Shown here one piece after another: positions 26,125-39,373 of a stretch of DNA of 64,000 nucleotides (positions are counted from its first letter, which is position 1; the number at the start of each line of letters is the position of its first letter). Origin of the DNA: Laetmonice hystrix. Lineage: Eukaryota. The notes under the pieces were generated by a model. It searched no databases, had not been told where the DNA came from, and saw only the letters and a list, made by a program, of their open reading frames with translations. Location: the NCBI GenBank assembly GCA_965235115.1, contig OZ249436.1:35216001-35280000 (forward strand). The letters run 5' to 3'. The position numbers and the translations under genes are program-made.

Positions 26125-26234
26125 ATTTCTTTAGCATAGAACGTATAATGGGGTAGGGGGGAAATCACAATTTTCATTTATTTCTTTAGCATAGATCGTA
26201 TAATCGGGTAGGGGAGAAATCACAATTTTCATTT
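26125..26234. repeat. 55 bp tandem duplication
   Basis: ATTTCTTTAGCATAGA..GTATAAT.GGGTAGGGG.GAAATCACAATTTTCATTT at 26125 and 26180. Confidence 0.9.
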
Positions 26235-26451
26235 CATCAATTCATCGCGTTTACATAAAATAATAAAGCATGCAGTGTTGAATGTGGCTTCTCTCTCCTG
26301 CGGGAATACAGATCGACTGAGCGACGGTTTACGGATAAACAAGGACTGTGACAGTATTTGGCCAGTGACTACACTATGAAAGCGGACTGGCCAGTCGTCA
26401 GACAAAGTATGTGCTTATGGCTGATAGAACGTCACTATGAGAGCTTCTATC

Positions 26452-26550
26452 GAGCCTAGGGAACCTGCACGCACAGACAGTACAGAGATATTATGGTGTC
26501 TGAGCCTAGGGAACCTGCACGCACAGACAGTACAGAGATATTATGGTGTC
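26452..26550. repeat. 50 bp perfect tandem duplication
   Basis: GAGCCTAGGGAACCTGCACGCACAGACAGTACAGAGATATTATGGTGTC at 26452 and 26502. Confidence 0.95.
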
Positions 26551-28089
26551 GGCTGAATTCCTACATGCAGACTTTGGACAGCGCCATTAACATCAAAACA
26601 CACCAAGAGTGTATTGCTTGTGGAAAACAAAGGTCAGCATTAAAGTAGCGGGGTACTTTTTGAATCCAGTCATTTTGTTGTCTTTTATTCATCGCACAGT
26701 GAAAAGATGCAATATTGGATGCAAAAAGACGCAATTTCCAATTGCATGCTTTCCACAGTTCATTACTGTACAGCAGAGGGATGTGACCATCAACTGACAT
26801 TTAACAAAATTTCTGCGCGATCATGACCTTCATCTAAGAAGGTCAGTGATTTCCGACAATGAGGAGTAAAATGACAAACTAAAGGAATTGTGGGTCAACT
26901 ACAACAGGCACTAATAATTCATGAAGACAGACATATCATATTTACACAGAGAAAGCTGTAATGCCTGTAAACATGACGTCACAGTCTTTCTACACTATGC
27001 TTCGGAAGGGCTTCCTTTCCTTGTAGACCGTTGGCAGTAAGAAATGAGTATGGTTGCCTGCTTTTCATGACGTGAGTACATATGTATACAGAGAAACCAA
27101 TACCAGGCTTGTAAATAAAGAATTCATGCCGTTTACACCTGACAACATGTAAACAATGGCTTCTGAAGACAATGGCATACCAGACGTCCCTATGGAAGCC
27201 AAGCAATGGAGAATAGAAACCGTCTGAATACGAGGGTACGTCAACGGCTCTCTCTCTCCCTCTCCTCTCTCACCCTTCACGTTCACTATGGCAACGGGTT
27301 ACGGTCAGAGCCATCTGGTGGGAAATCGCTAACACTTCTCCCTTCAGTTGCTTTATGAACATCAGTGCCATTACACTTGTCTTAAAATTCTGACGAACGT
27401 CCTACGTTACGAAAAGCCTTTTCGACTAATCTACTTTAATAATATGAAATCAAATACTATCGTTACGCTATGGAGGTACATCTGTTGCAGTAAAGCAAAG
27501 ACTGTTAGTTCTCGCTCGTAGAGGGAATGTGACTTTCAGGAAATTTTGGTTTCCCTTTGAAAGATCCTCACATATTTTTGGTGATAAGCAGTGGCTTTGC
27601 GCAAAACAATCAGATAAACGGTGATGGAATTTTCCTATGTTTTCGTCAATGAAACTATTTTCACGAAAGTCACATTATGGTTTGAATGTTAATATTTACT
27701 TTAACGTGAAAAGACAATACACGTCTAGTTGTGATTCTCTGAAAGATCTGTGACACTGAAAGGAAACGAGAACAAGGAAGAATAATTTTGTTTAAATTTG
27801 AAGATTCTATGCGAAAACTGCTGTTGTTTTTGATTATTATCAATAGTCGACGGTCTTCTAACAGGTTATGATAGATTAGATTCGAAAACGAAAAATACGT
27901 TAATTTTATTTTTTTTGGTGTGTGTTTTGTAACATTTAAAATTTAAGAACATTATATTTTCATGGGATACTGCTCAGACAAACGAACAAAACGAGAACAC
28001 AGACACACATACATAGAAAGCCAGTTTTCACGTTTAAGCACTCGAATACATTTTCTGAGTTTTTTTGGGGTAATGGTCACCAAACTAAC

Positions 28090-28167
28090 CTGAACCTGAA
28101 CTTTGACCCTCGTGTAAACCATCCACCGCTAGATGTCACTTTCGGAGCTTCGGATGACTGCCCGAGC
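28090..28167 (-). CDS. FRMD5: FRMD3/5-like exon 11, FERM-adjacent (LGQSSEAPKVTSSGGWFTRGSKFRF)
   Basis: TTCTTTTAG acceptor, GTTAGT donor, 78 nt, phase 2-2. F.RGSKFR.SGR FA-region motif. Confidence 0.93.
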
Positions 28168-28846
28168 CTAAAAGAACACAGAGGAAATGCCCTTTCCAAA
28201 TCGGTTACATACAAACGCCATTACAGTATTGCAAGTCACGAACATTGATGTTTATACTAGCAAAATAAAACCTATAATACAAACGGGCAATTGGCTGAAG
28301 TATACGTATGGCTACCTCGCGTGACAAGGGTGGCTCTTCTTTCTACAATAAGGTAATCGAAAAATGATTCCGGAAGGTGAAAAACTTCCTTTGGTCAAAA
28401 CTTAATGATCACATCCTAGTTTTTCTTTTTATATCTACAACTCTAATGTTTCACTATGTAGAAAAAAGGATACAATCCACTGAACCTAATGCTTCTACTT
28501 TGATAAAAGCTACTAGAGATATTCTTTCATTAGTGAGGACGAAGTAACAATGTGCCAGAGGGCCTTTGACCTTCTTCCTTGGAAATTTACCTCGCTGAAC
28601 CTAGAATACGCGATAGCGATGCTGACAACTGTGAAATTGCATTTGTTGAAGCATTTCAATGGGGTAGCACTTCTTTTGGCCTTTGATACCTAGGACAGAC
28701 CTGTAAATTCCTATGTGAAATGCATGCTTTTACCTTTCTTCACAAAATTGAGTGAGTGGAAATCTAGCTGTTGTAAAACAGGGGTCAAACCCGGGTTCTC
28801 CACCATGCAGTATAAGCCTGGATTTCTCCTATACCTAAATACTTAC

Positions 28847-28935
28847 GTGAAGAAGTACTGCTGTTCAACTGCACACTTCCAAAGATGTTTGCATGCGTTG
28901 AAGGTTGGACACTTGAAACCACATGCATGCTTCTT
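28847..28935 (-). CDS. FRMD5: FRMD3/5-like exon 10 (KKHACGFKCPTFNACKHLWKCAVEQQYFF)
   Basis: TTCCAG acceptor (followed by AAG, a NAGNAG), GTAAGT donor, 89 nt, phase 0-2. ACKHLWKC..E motif ends the FERM domain. Confidence 0.95.
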
Positions 28936-31900
28936 CTGGAATTGATACGATTTTGGGGCATTTATTAGTTGTTTGTCAAACGCACACACAGTTAGCGACC
29001 ATGTTGTTAGAACCACGTACATCCACTCAACTAAACTACTACTGCACAAGAAGATTATTAAAACTCCTTAGAAGAAACCAAGTAATGCGTTCACGAGGTT
29101 ATTGAACACTAAAAATGTTTATTTTGTTACTCATACATCCTTAGTTGATATCTCATCTTCCGTTTTGATGATTAAATACTAAAATTCGAATACTTTAATT
29201 ATAGAGAAGCTCGCCAGCAATAAACCTTGAAACCACACTACCAAAAAGAAAAATAACCTTTCCGCATCTATCTTTACAAGACAATTCCAATGGGTGCTTG
29301 TACTCTCAACGAATCTTAAGCTAAAGTCGAATCATTCAAATCTAGTGTACCTTGATCATTTCTGATTTAAACGTGTTTTTGTGACACTTGTGATTTGTGG
29401 CAAAACAGAACCAAAGAAGCAATATATACATTGTATATCACACCACATAAGTTGTTAACATTGATCAGACGTCCATTGGGTGTAATGATAATAATATGTA
29501 CACTCTGTGGGGAGCGTAAAACGATGGTATTCTATTCATCTAATATATGATGCATACATCTAGGAGGCAGGGGTATCATGGAACTTATTGCTAATGCTTA
29601 TATAATCGTGATGTAGGGGTTCCCAAATACTATGCAAGTGACATATCCTCGGAATGAAAGCTCAGTAACAATGCGTCTGTATGTTGATCTGGTGCCATGC
29701 ACGGCTACCAAGACGGTGAGCAAAGGTTACAATGTCTACCTTGTAGTATCTAGGCCGATTCTGCAACAGAAGAAACCTTGCTCACGCATCGACCTTCACT
29801 CGGTCTACTCGCGGTGATAACATACACTTTTCGTCCAGTCACAAGGTGACAACCTCGTAAGGGTTGTATTCACGGTTCTAGAACAAACCTTAGGGGTACC
29901 GTATGTTGCTGGGAATCAGTCATTACGTTCTCATTTGACTGCCGTTTTAGCATACCCTCAAATACGTTGTTTGCTAGATTTAGACTCGATTACATGTAAG
30001 GGTGTACATTTGGAAATTCAATGACATACGCCATGTACGGTAAGCGTAAACCCTCTCTATGTGTACAGACATGATGTTACTGAGGCGTACAGGAATGTAC
30101 AAATGTAAGAAATCAACGGGACTTTATAACAGCATAAGCAGTAGTATCCTAGCCATAAAAGTTATGAAAGACTGACGCAGTCATATTCACTTAGAATGAA
30201 AGGAATGTCAAGGGCATCCAAGGGCATCCGTCACTTGCATATATTCTATTCATTGCCATTATTCATGTTTGTGTACCAAACTGTATACAGAATTATAATG
30301 ATCTGAAGCACAATGATCCAGCAGTCATTACATGCACATACTAATAAATCAATAAATCTATACTTTGTCAAGAATAGTTAAAATATTTGGTTGAAGCCTG
30401 TAATTTACAGAAAGCCTTGAAACATATAAGACATTTATCTATCAATCCATATTCTGACCGATTCAAAATATTCAAAGCTCGAAAAAAAATGAAAGCAGCA
30501 GAGGCACATGCCGAGTTTATCAGCCATCCATCATTGAAAACAGACACTAATAGATGAGACAGTAGTCATTCCCACAGTACTAAACCACGACCAACAAGAA
30601 ATACGGCGGAAATCTGTGGGCAATCAGTAGGAACTTCACTAAGTTAGCGCCAGAACGGCACACTGGCGCACACTGTATAAGGACAATAGAAGCTATATGT
30701 TTCTAATTTTAGGGCTACCTGCTAGGTTATCCACACTGCTGAGTCAGAGAGGCAAACTATGAATGCATTTAACAGCTATACAAATGTACAGTGATATGTA
30801 CTGACGGAAGCGACAGGACAGAAATATGGAAACCTGCTTGACGATGTGATGTTTGAGTCAAACGGTGAATTTGGTGTTCGTCTATAGGCAAAACCTTGCG
30901 TTACAGTGAAACTTTCAGTTTGCACTGAAATTTTGTAGTCTGATTGTCATGCTATATCAGTTAGTATTAATCCATTTTCGTGATAAAAATTAACATAACG
31001 GAGTGGTGCTAACCCATGTGACATGTTTAAAGACCGTTCAACACACCAGAATCAGTAGAACTCTTGGTGAAAAATCAAAAGTGACTTTCGATAAAAAAAA
31101 AGAAATACTGCCATGGCCTCAGAACAAACCTCAAGCAGACCACAAAGTCGAGCCTCAGGTTTGACAAGTGAGGCTGGCTTACGCAAGCAGTCTGAACGCT
31201 GAGCAAGACCTCCACCTGCAGTGGAGGTTCAACACGGGCTTCCACAATCAGAGTCTGAAAGCTCAGCCCTGCAGCTGTTTGTCGGTTTGACAGCCAATTC
31301 TGTAGCTCTAGTCAGACCTCTAGTTGCAGGTTTGACAGCCATCAGACCGCTACTGTGGACTGTAGTAGATGCAACTAGAACGGATTCACCATGAGGTCAT
31401 ACAGAAATAAAGTGAAGGCCAGATTTCGGGTTCACAACACTCAGAGGCCAGAGATCACACAAAGGCTCAAAAGAGGAAAGTGCACCACAGGTGAAGGTCA
31501 AGGTTAGAACAGGGGTCACTACCAGTCCTCTGCTAGTGCAGCCAAGGAGTCCTGTGCCACGCTGCTCAAACGAGACAGAGACGAACATTTAATTGAAGTT
31601 GGACTGAACCACACACAGAAACTGGTCACTGAAGACCTTGACGTAACGTCACCAGTACAAACAGTACGTCACGGAGCCGGGCAAAGCGTCCACAGAACGG
31701 GAGAGGACGTCCACACATGCACACATCAGACTGTCGTCTTCCTTGTGGCTGGTATGGGAGGTTTCATGGTCACAGGCGACTTGTGGCTTACAAAACGGAG
31801 CAGGTCCCGCTTTCAACCAATTAGACGTGTTTTACTTTGTTTTTTCAACTTATAGAATAGTGGGTGGGGCCTTCGCCTGAGGGCGCACCATTTGTTTGTG

Positions 31901-31992
31901 GGAGGTTAATTCGCCTTTGATTGCTTTCCAAAATAATAACTGACAGGCATGTTCGACTCTATACATATACCGACTACACTTCTACAGTAATG

Positions 31993-32069
31993 TGTTCCTC
32001 CCAGCCAGAGTACAATAAATATGTTCCTCCCTGCCAGAGTACAATAAATATGTTCCTCCCTGCCAGAGT
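31993..32069. repeat. 29 bp tandem repeat, about 2.7 copies
   Basis: TGTTCCTCCCTGCCAGAGTACAATAAATA units at 31993, 32022 and 32051. Confidence 0.9.
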
Positions 32070-32439
32070 CTTACGCTGATCTCTGGTGGTGTTTATATGT
32101 AACGTCCCATATCACTGATGCCACATTCAATCATGTCTTAAAACAAGGGGGATCCGTCCACGGCTGATATCACACAATGTACAGACACGATCACTGGGTA
32201 AAAACACCGACTGTTCAGACACAAACTGTGACGGCGAGGGCGTCAGTGGTGGCGACTAGGGCACCACGCGTCACGTAAAACATAACCATGAGCGAGTTCA
32301 ACCAATGTAATTGTTCGGTCAATAACAAGGACAGATATATTTGATTTGATTTGATGACAGATATAACACGAACCGATAGACGGCGTTAGTAGCACTAAAG
32401 TTGGCGCAATGACCACTATGAATGATGCTAACAAACCAG

Positions 32440-32621
32440 CACGTGGCGGATCCAGCGGCGGGGGGCACGGGTACTGGGGTTGCACCCCCCCCCCCTCGTT
32501 AGGAAGTATTTTTTTCTTTTTTTCTGCTTGAAAGATTCAAACCGAACATACACAACCCCCCTCTTGGCACCCCACCCCCCCCCCCCCCCCGTTTGGAGAA
32601 AACCTGGATCTGCCGCCCCTG
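32440..32621 (+). mobile_element. About 180 bp GGCGGATCCAG-ended non-autonomous element, copy 1
   Basis: Ends CACGTGGCGGATCCAG and CTGGATCTGCCGCCCCTG, with internal poly-C runs. The core is shared with 61029-61196 in opposite orientation. Only a partial flank match (CAAAC). Confidence 0.75.
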
Positions 32622-34925
32622 CAAACATACCATTGAAAATGGAAAAAGCTCAAGTAAAATTATTGTTTTAACCCCCATAGGCTCCAAACAGCCTTCTCAA
32701 TGCTACACGAGACGTATAACATTGAATTTTCCTTCTTATTTCTACATCTGTTACCAATACCGGAAGTTAGACTCCTGGCGCCGCCTGTCGGTCATTTTAT
32801 CAGCACAGAACCAGAGAGCTACATTTACACATTTAATGAAAAACACAATCCTGTGAAGTAAAACATCTCAAATCTAATAAAGAAAAATACCGAACTTGTG
32901 CTGCATAATGAATATTAAACTAATCAACTACTATTTCCGTATGCCATAACATCCCCTACTACACACCCCAAGTGATAATGAAACGAATAAAAGTGTATAA
33001 ATATTAACGTTATGTCTAATCAGAGAACTAAACAACCCTTGTCAGTCTAGTTCTGTGGTCTAATGTATTATGAAATATACTGTCTGATTGGATACGACAA
33101 CTTAGACCTACTTAGTGCAAAATAAGCAAACAATTGGTTCTGACCACCTAACGTACACAGCTCGCAGTATCAGTAAATCGTCATACAATCTGGCCATAGT
33201 CTGGCTGCATCTGTCTAATGACCACGTGATAGACTACTACGTCTATATTCTAAAGGGCAGTAGCACCAGTCGGGTAACAATACATTACACTAATACACCC
33301 ATAGATGGCGACACCTTCACGACGTCACATACGAATATTCCTACAGGTGGCGCACCAGTCTGGTGCCCACATCACACATTGCTAGACGATTGTGGTGCCA
33401 GAGATCCTGACAGTACTGTCTCTGTCAGACCTACATAATAAATCATGTCAGTTTCTGTGAAAACCCACAATCATTGGTAGAGCTACTTAATATGAGGGAA
33501 ACAACCTAGTCTGGCGGGATCTGTGGCTTGGACCTATCAAACCATGAAACTTGGTTTGGGACCATCTGGGTTTGTAATGTGTGAATATTTCCGAGATAAT
33601 TTCAAGTAAAGTCATGGAAAGTCTCTTCAAAGCCCTCATGGATGGGGGCTAAGAATCTGTAACTGTAAACATTATATTAGTTAAGAAACCATATCAAAAC
33701 AACTGATCATGATTACATGACGCAGATTGATTTGTTTTTAGTTGGTTCCGACAACTTATGACAGACATTCTATTAATTCGCGTCAGCAAATCACAGAGTA
33801 AAATTTCACATTGGTCATCGAACCCCTTCATCATTTATATAAGGACAGCACTGGAAAGTGCACTACCGTACTATTTCATTCACCATACCTCTACACGTAA
33901 CGTTACAAGGCCTATAGCTAGGACAGATACCATTTACAAGTGCTATGAATGCCACAAGCACAGATACCATAGTATAAACTATGATACTTAGTTGTAAATA
34001 GAGGGCATACACTTCATGTCAAGAATAAAGTGTGTCACTTTCACAATGGTAGGGAGATTAACATTCAAAGTAAAGAACCATGACACAAACTGCTGGAAGA
34101 TGATAAGAAAAATGTATACGGAGTGGGATCTTAATTAAGGATGGGGTATAAAGCAGCCCACACCTTCCATGTCCAGCTGATCAAATGGATGGAAAATTAG
34201 TACGGGCAACTTACTCGCTTGAAGTTAGGTGAGTGGGGCTCTCCCTGTAAAATGGGTAGTGTAAAGTCAGTGGGGTTTGGTAAATTAAGGAATGCAATAA
34301 TCCAAGAGAATTTCTGATGAATCCATGAGGTTCATGCGTGTAGTCTCATCCACAGGGTAAGGAAGGCATTACCTTGAACCCGGTAGGCCCTACCCTACAT
34401 CAGCCGTAAAGGAAATGGTGCCGGCGAATAAAAGAAATATCAAGCTGCTGCTGCTTTTGTTTAGGGAAAAAGAGCTACATGTATAACAACGCGCCCAAGT
34501 CATTTCAAATCTTGATTTACAAATCTTGATCGTTCTGCAACTTCGCAATATGTCAAACTTAAGAAATAGCCCAAAACGACTATCTAAGAAATCTGACTGA
34601 AAACAACATTTAATTTCAGTTCAATATACATCTATGTGACAAAGTCAACGCGAAATCCCCCTGCCACCGTTGACTATTTTTAGTTGAATCACACTTGTCA
34701 CCATGCACTGTGGTTACGTTCCCGCCAGTCGTCGCCACATGCTCATAACAGAGCCACCTGGCGGTGTGAATGGCAACTGGAGGTTACATGTATACCAGGG
34801 CGAAATTCAAAGAGTAAGCGAGTAACTGTAATTTTAAACAAACCTGTTGATTGAAACATGATTTTATTAGATAAAAATTATAACTCCTACGCTGCACCCT
34901 GCCAGTGTCAACAGACATGTATGTG

Positions 34926-35050
34926 GTATAGCTGTATAGAAAAAAAAATGCGACAAAAAGGCATTGTAATTGATACGGTATAGCTGTAGAAATCCTCTAA
35001 AAGTTGGTAGAAAGAGAAAAAATGTGACAAAAAAGCATTGTAATTGATAC
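34926..35050. repeat. Imperfect local duplication, about 50 bp
   Basis: TATAGCTGTA and AAAAAATG.GACAAAAA.GCATTGTAATTGATAC each occur twice. Confidence 0.75.
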
Positions 35051-36077
35051 TGTAGATACTGTAATATCGCCAAAAGAAAATTGGCTATTCAGAGAAGTGA
35101 AGCGACGAGAATTTGGCGAAGAAAAAAGATTTGAAGACAAGTAGAAAAGATGGGTAACAGTGGGAGAAGACGGATAACAACTAAATTAACAGATAACAAG
35201 ATGTGCAGGTACCTTTATTATTCTCAATGGTTATTATGAAGGCTGGGAGGGTTCGTCTGAAGCAATTCTAGATTTAGGAACGATTTCATTCCTACTTGGG
35301 ACGATTTTGTTTAGTCCAATACCCCAGTTTTTTTTAGGATCAAAGTTTGGCACTTCTAGGTAGGACCGGTGGTACGGTAGGATCAAAGACTGTTAGTGCA
35401 TCACACCAAATTGGGTATGAGATGGGTACAACGCTCCCTGGAGTGTAACCCAATCCCTCAGTGAGCTTAGCTCTCACCGAATTAAATATGGTACCACAGG
35501 AGATTTACCCCTCTTAATCTACGGGTTATCTATCACCACACCACACCTCTCTGTTTTACCTCTCTGTCTCCATCAAATTCACTCTTCAAAAACTCATGGT
35601 TAGGTGAGACGCATACTTCCAATGCTATCTATTCTAGAGGGTTTCTGTATGCGGGCACACATACATAATTTACCATTACCTCTCAAGGGTCTGGTTTTGA
35701 TTTGTGAGTACCATCAAACATTAGGTTTATTAAACCTTGTTATCAACCACTATAAACTGTACCAACAATCTGTCAGCAGTTCGAAAAATATAATTATAAG
35801 GGCGGAGGGGTTTTTTTTTTTGGGGGGGGGGAGAATTCTGTAGCAATCAAGATTGAAAATAGTTGCAGAAAATATAGACTACTGCTGGTTCCTTTATACA
35901 GAACAGTAACTTTCGTACCGCATGAACTAGAAATAAGTCAATTATTCACTTGGAAGCCTGCTTGTTTTAATAACAAAATACACACAGCATTTATATTAGT
36001 GTAATAGAGGTTATCTAGACACAGCAACAGGTAAATAAAAATGCTGTCAATATCTTGTTTACACTACTGCCACTCAC

Positions 36078-36141
36078 CTCACTGATCGTCACATGAACGA
36101 TGAACATTTTCCCTTCAAAGGCGATTTTGTTTATCTGAGGC
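36078..36141 (-). CDS. FRMD5: FRMD3/5-like exon 9 (PQINKIAFEGKMFIVHVTISE)
   Basis: TTTTTCAG acceptor, GTGAGT donor, 64 nt, phase 2-0. W..I.K..FEGK.F motif. Confidence 0.95.
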
Positions 36142-36373
36142 CTGAAAAACAACATCACCATTATTCCATCACACAGTCAAAGTGAGATTTTTAACCGATA
36201 TTCTTCCGGAACATCAATTGGATCAGCCAGTTGATGAAGTGCACGCGCCTATTCGACTGCTTTAGGGCTGGTTTCCGGTTTTCTTTGCATGCACACTTCT
36301 ATGAAATATCTTTACAAAGTTCCCTTGCCAACATATTACTGAATTAAAAGTACTGGTTGATGTTGTTACTTAC

Positions 36374-36462
36374 CACTTGAACAGGTGAGTTCTTTTGTTT
36401 CCTTGAAAGGTGACAATGCCCAGGTGGGTAACACCCAAGTACATCTGGTTGCCTTTCTGGTC
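36374..36462 (-). CDS. FRMD5: FRMD3/5-like exon 8 (DQKGNQMYLGVTHLGIVTFQGNKRTHLFK)
   Basis: GTTTCAG acceptor, GTAAGT donor, 89 nt, phase 0-2. FERM F3 lobe QGNKR.H motif. Confidence 0.95.
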
Positions 36463-39238
36463 CTGAAACATCACCATAGTTACTAGAGAGTTGTCCGGGG
36501 GAATACTTCTCCTGCTTTTACTTTACAGGTTTCTTCTGCCAACCCAAACAAATGATGTCTTCATACAGTTTATTTCTCTACTTGCTTCAGCTTGGTAAAT
36601 CTGTCAAGTGCAGCACGTCGCTAGCACCCTTGGCGGTTCCTTTGAAAACCTTTTGACGTAAAGCGAGGGAACGAGCTATGCCGGGGGAACTATAAAACAT
36701 CGATACACAGGAGTTTTTGGACATCTATCGTAAATATTGGTTTTTATTGAGCATGGTCATGACAAGTTGCCTTTATCTCCGTGGTTCTAACTGGGTGGTA
36801 TTAGTAAGGTGAGAGTCCAACTTTCCCAACTTTTATAGATTGGATTTTGCCGTTGGATTGTTACATGTACATTTCCAAAAGCTTTCTCAAAGAAATAAAC
36901 TGAAAGACATCATTTAAAATATATTTCATTCAATCATTTAAAAACATTTTTAGAGATATTAAAACCGGACAGTTTAGAGATTAATTGTCCGTCTTTCAAA
37001 AAATTGTATCTGACTTTCTTCTACCTTGATAACGGAACAATTATCTGGTTTCCTGTTAGTGAATACTGATCTAAAGCAATCTTAACATACAACTTTGATC
37101 ACCAGCAAAATCTTACATTAGTTTCGTTCGCACAAAATACATTTTAATAGTCAAATGCTAATCTTCTGATAAATCTAAATGAAATGTAATAATTAGCAAT
37201 TTTAGGGTTTTTTATTGACGTAATAAGACCAAAAATATATCCATGCTTGACACAAATACCAAAATTGTCATGCAGCCTGCCCCTGTAACCAATGGTTACT
37301 GGTAGCTAGAAAGATATATCTGCCTGCATAATACGTAAGTTACGTAATCATGATGTATCTAATAACTAATGAGTTTTCGTAATTGCTGACCACTGCAGCC
37401 TGAAACAGAGATAATATGATCGTGTGTGTTGTCGCCTATTTTCAGTAAATATTAGATCCATATGAAAAGTTCTTTTCACAAACTAAATGCATGGTGTGCC
37501 ACCACATGCGAGTGCGTCAAAATCAACATCAGTATGCCAAGTGTCGAGCAGACCAACAATACAGACTGTTTTGTAAACATCTGACTGTGGCTGAAAATCT
37601 ATTTCAGTCTTCGATATAAAATATATTTACTCTAAAAAAAGGCGTGAGACTACAGATTTTGCGTATTATTCGCTTATTGTATGTGCGTTGAATTGTAACA
37701 CTTTATAAATGGGCAGGCATGAACGCACCGACACTAGTGCTACCATTAATATTCCTCTACTACCAGTAACCATGGTAACAGACATCAATATTTCTGGCAT
37801 GGCCCATCCGACACTGTTGCTGGATTCAACATCTAGACAACTGACACTCTAGTCTAGTGACCGATGACACACTGGGCAAGGACAAAATGTGACAAACGTG
37901 ACATTGAACAAACATCACGGGTCCCCAACACAAGGTTTCCGACCCCCATTCTCTGACACACCTCATAACGCCCCACCAGGACTGCACGTGTCATAAACAT
38001 AACGACATCAACCGCTTCCCTCTTAGTCGTCCCTGTCACGTCATATTTAAACTGCACAAATATGCCGCTTACCACAGAAAACTTTTCTCAAGTGCCTACC
38101 GTATTTTCTGACAAAGTGATTTGTCTCATAATTTTGTCTCATAAGAGTCTAACTCTGCCACAGAGGAGGCTATTTTGGAATGCAACAATTCGTTAGACGA
38201 GCTTCAAATGTTTCAGAATATAATCTACCAACTAGCACCAGATATCGCCTGTATAATATGTCTCTGCTCGGATCGTTGTAACTCTCATTTAAAAGACAAA
38301 TTGGATGAGACAAATCACATATATCATTGGTTGGGGTTGTGATAGGCCAGAAGATCGGCCTGTCAAATCTCTCGACCGGGACTTAATTCTGGTACATGTA
38401 GTTATTCATTCCACCATACCTGGTCAGGAAAGGCTACTGGTAATTATTTGGTATTCGAGTTACCTCATGCCGGGAGAAAGATGACGACATCCTTGCTCGA
38501 CATTCAGAAAACGATACCCCCCCCCCCCCCTCCATATTTGTTGGACACCCCAATACAGAAGCCAGCAAACAGGTTTTTTTCTGATATGAATGAAAGTTGT
38601 AAACCAAGTAATAACACTTTCCTGACCAGCCTTATAATTCCACGAAATTATAATAAATCTTGAAATTGTGCTTCCGGCCCTTCCCCATCAACCTTGGAAC
38701 ACGTGACGAATTTTTGAACACTCAAGTTTCCAAATCAACGTGGAAAAGAAGAACATGCAATGAAAGGGATAGCATTGCTGCTTTAAAAGGATCAGATTCT
38801 CATGATAAAAATACACTTTTCCACACAAGATATATTCCCAAATATGAAATATTTCATGAGTTCCTAGTACGCAATTCACAGACATAGATTTCTTCGCAGA
38901 GATAGAAGGAAATTTGCTTAACATGTCACAAATGTATGTTTCTCTCAGAATATATTAAAACTACACGTATGTTCATTGAATTCACTGCTTCCTTCATAAT
39001 TTTCAATTGATCGAAGACATCTGATCACAAGAGAAGCTTCGTTTCGATGTTTCACATCCCTTTTAAAGCATATGCCAAGCGTAAAAAAAGCACATGATCC
39101 TTAACAATGTTCAAAAAGTCAATACACACAAATCTTGCAACTTTCGAGCCACATTTCCACTGAAATAAAGGTACCAATCACAAGTGAACCTGGGTTTATG
39201 AAACCTCCATACAATCTCCGCAAAGACCGCCGAACGGG

Positions 39239-39373
39239 CCTTGCGACGGCCATGCGATTTTTGATTTAATGGTGGAATGTCACTCTGAAATCTTTCCTGG
39301 CTGCCCTTCCCTGTAATCTCAAAATCTCAGTAAAATAAAAGGGTGCTGTCAAAATCGCATGGACGTCGCAAGG
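39239..39373. mobile_element. 135 bp MITE-like element, family unassigned
   Basis: About 25-bp inverted repeats CCTTGCGACG(G/T)CCATGCGATTTT(T)GA. No TSD recognised. Confidence 0.65.

Noticed and set aside
27390-27420. CTGACGA...CGAAA hammerhead-like motif
   Set aside because: Stem II is out of register with the core, and stems I and III do not form convincingly.
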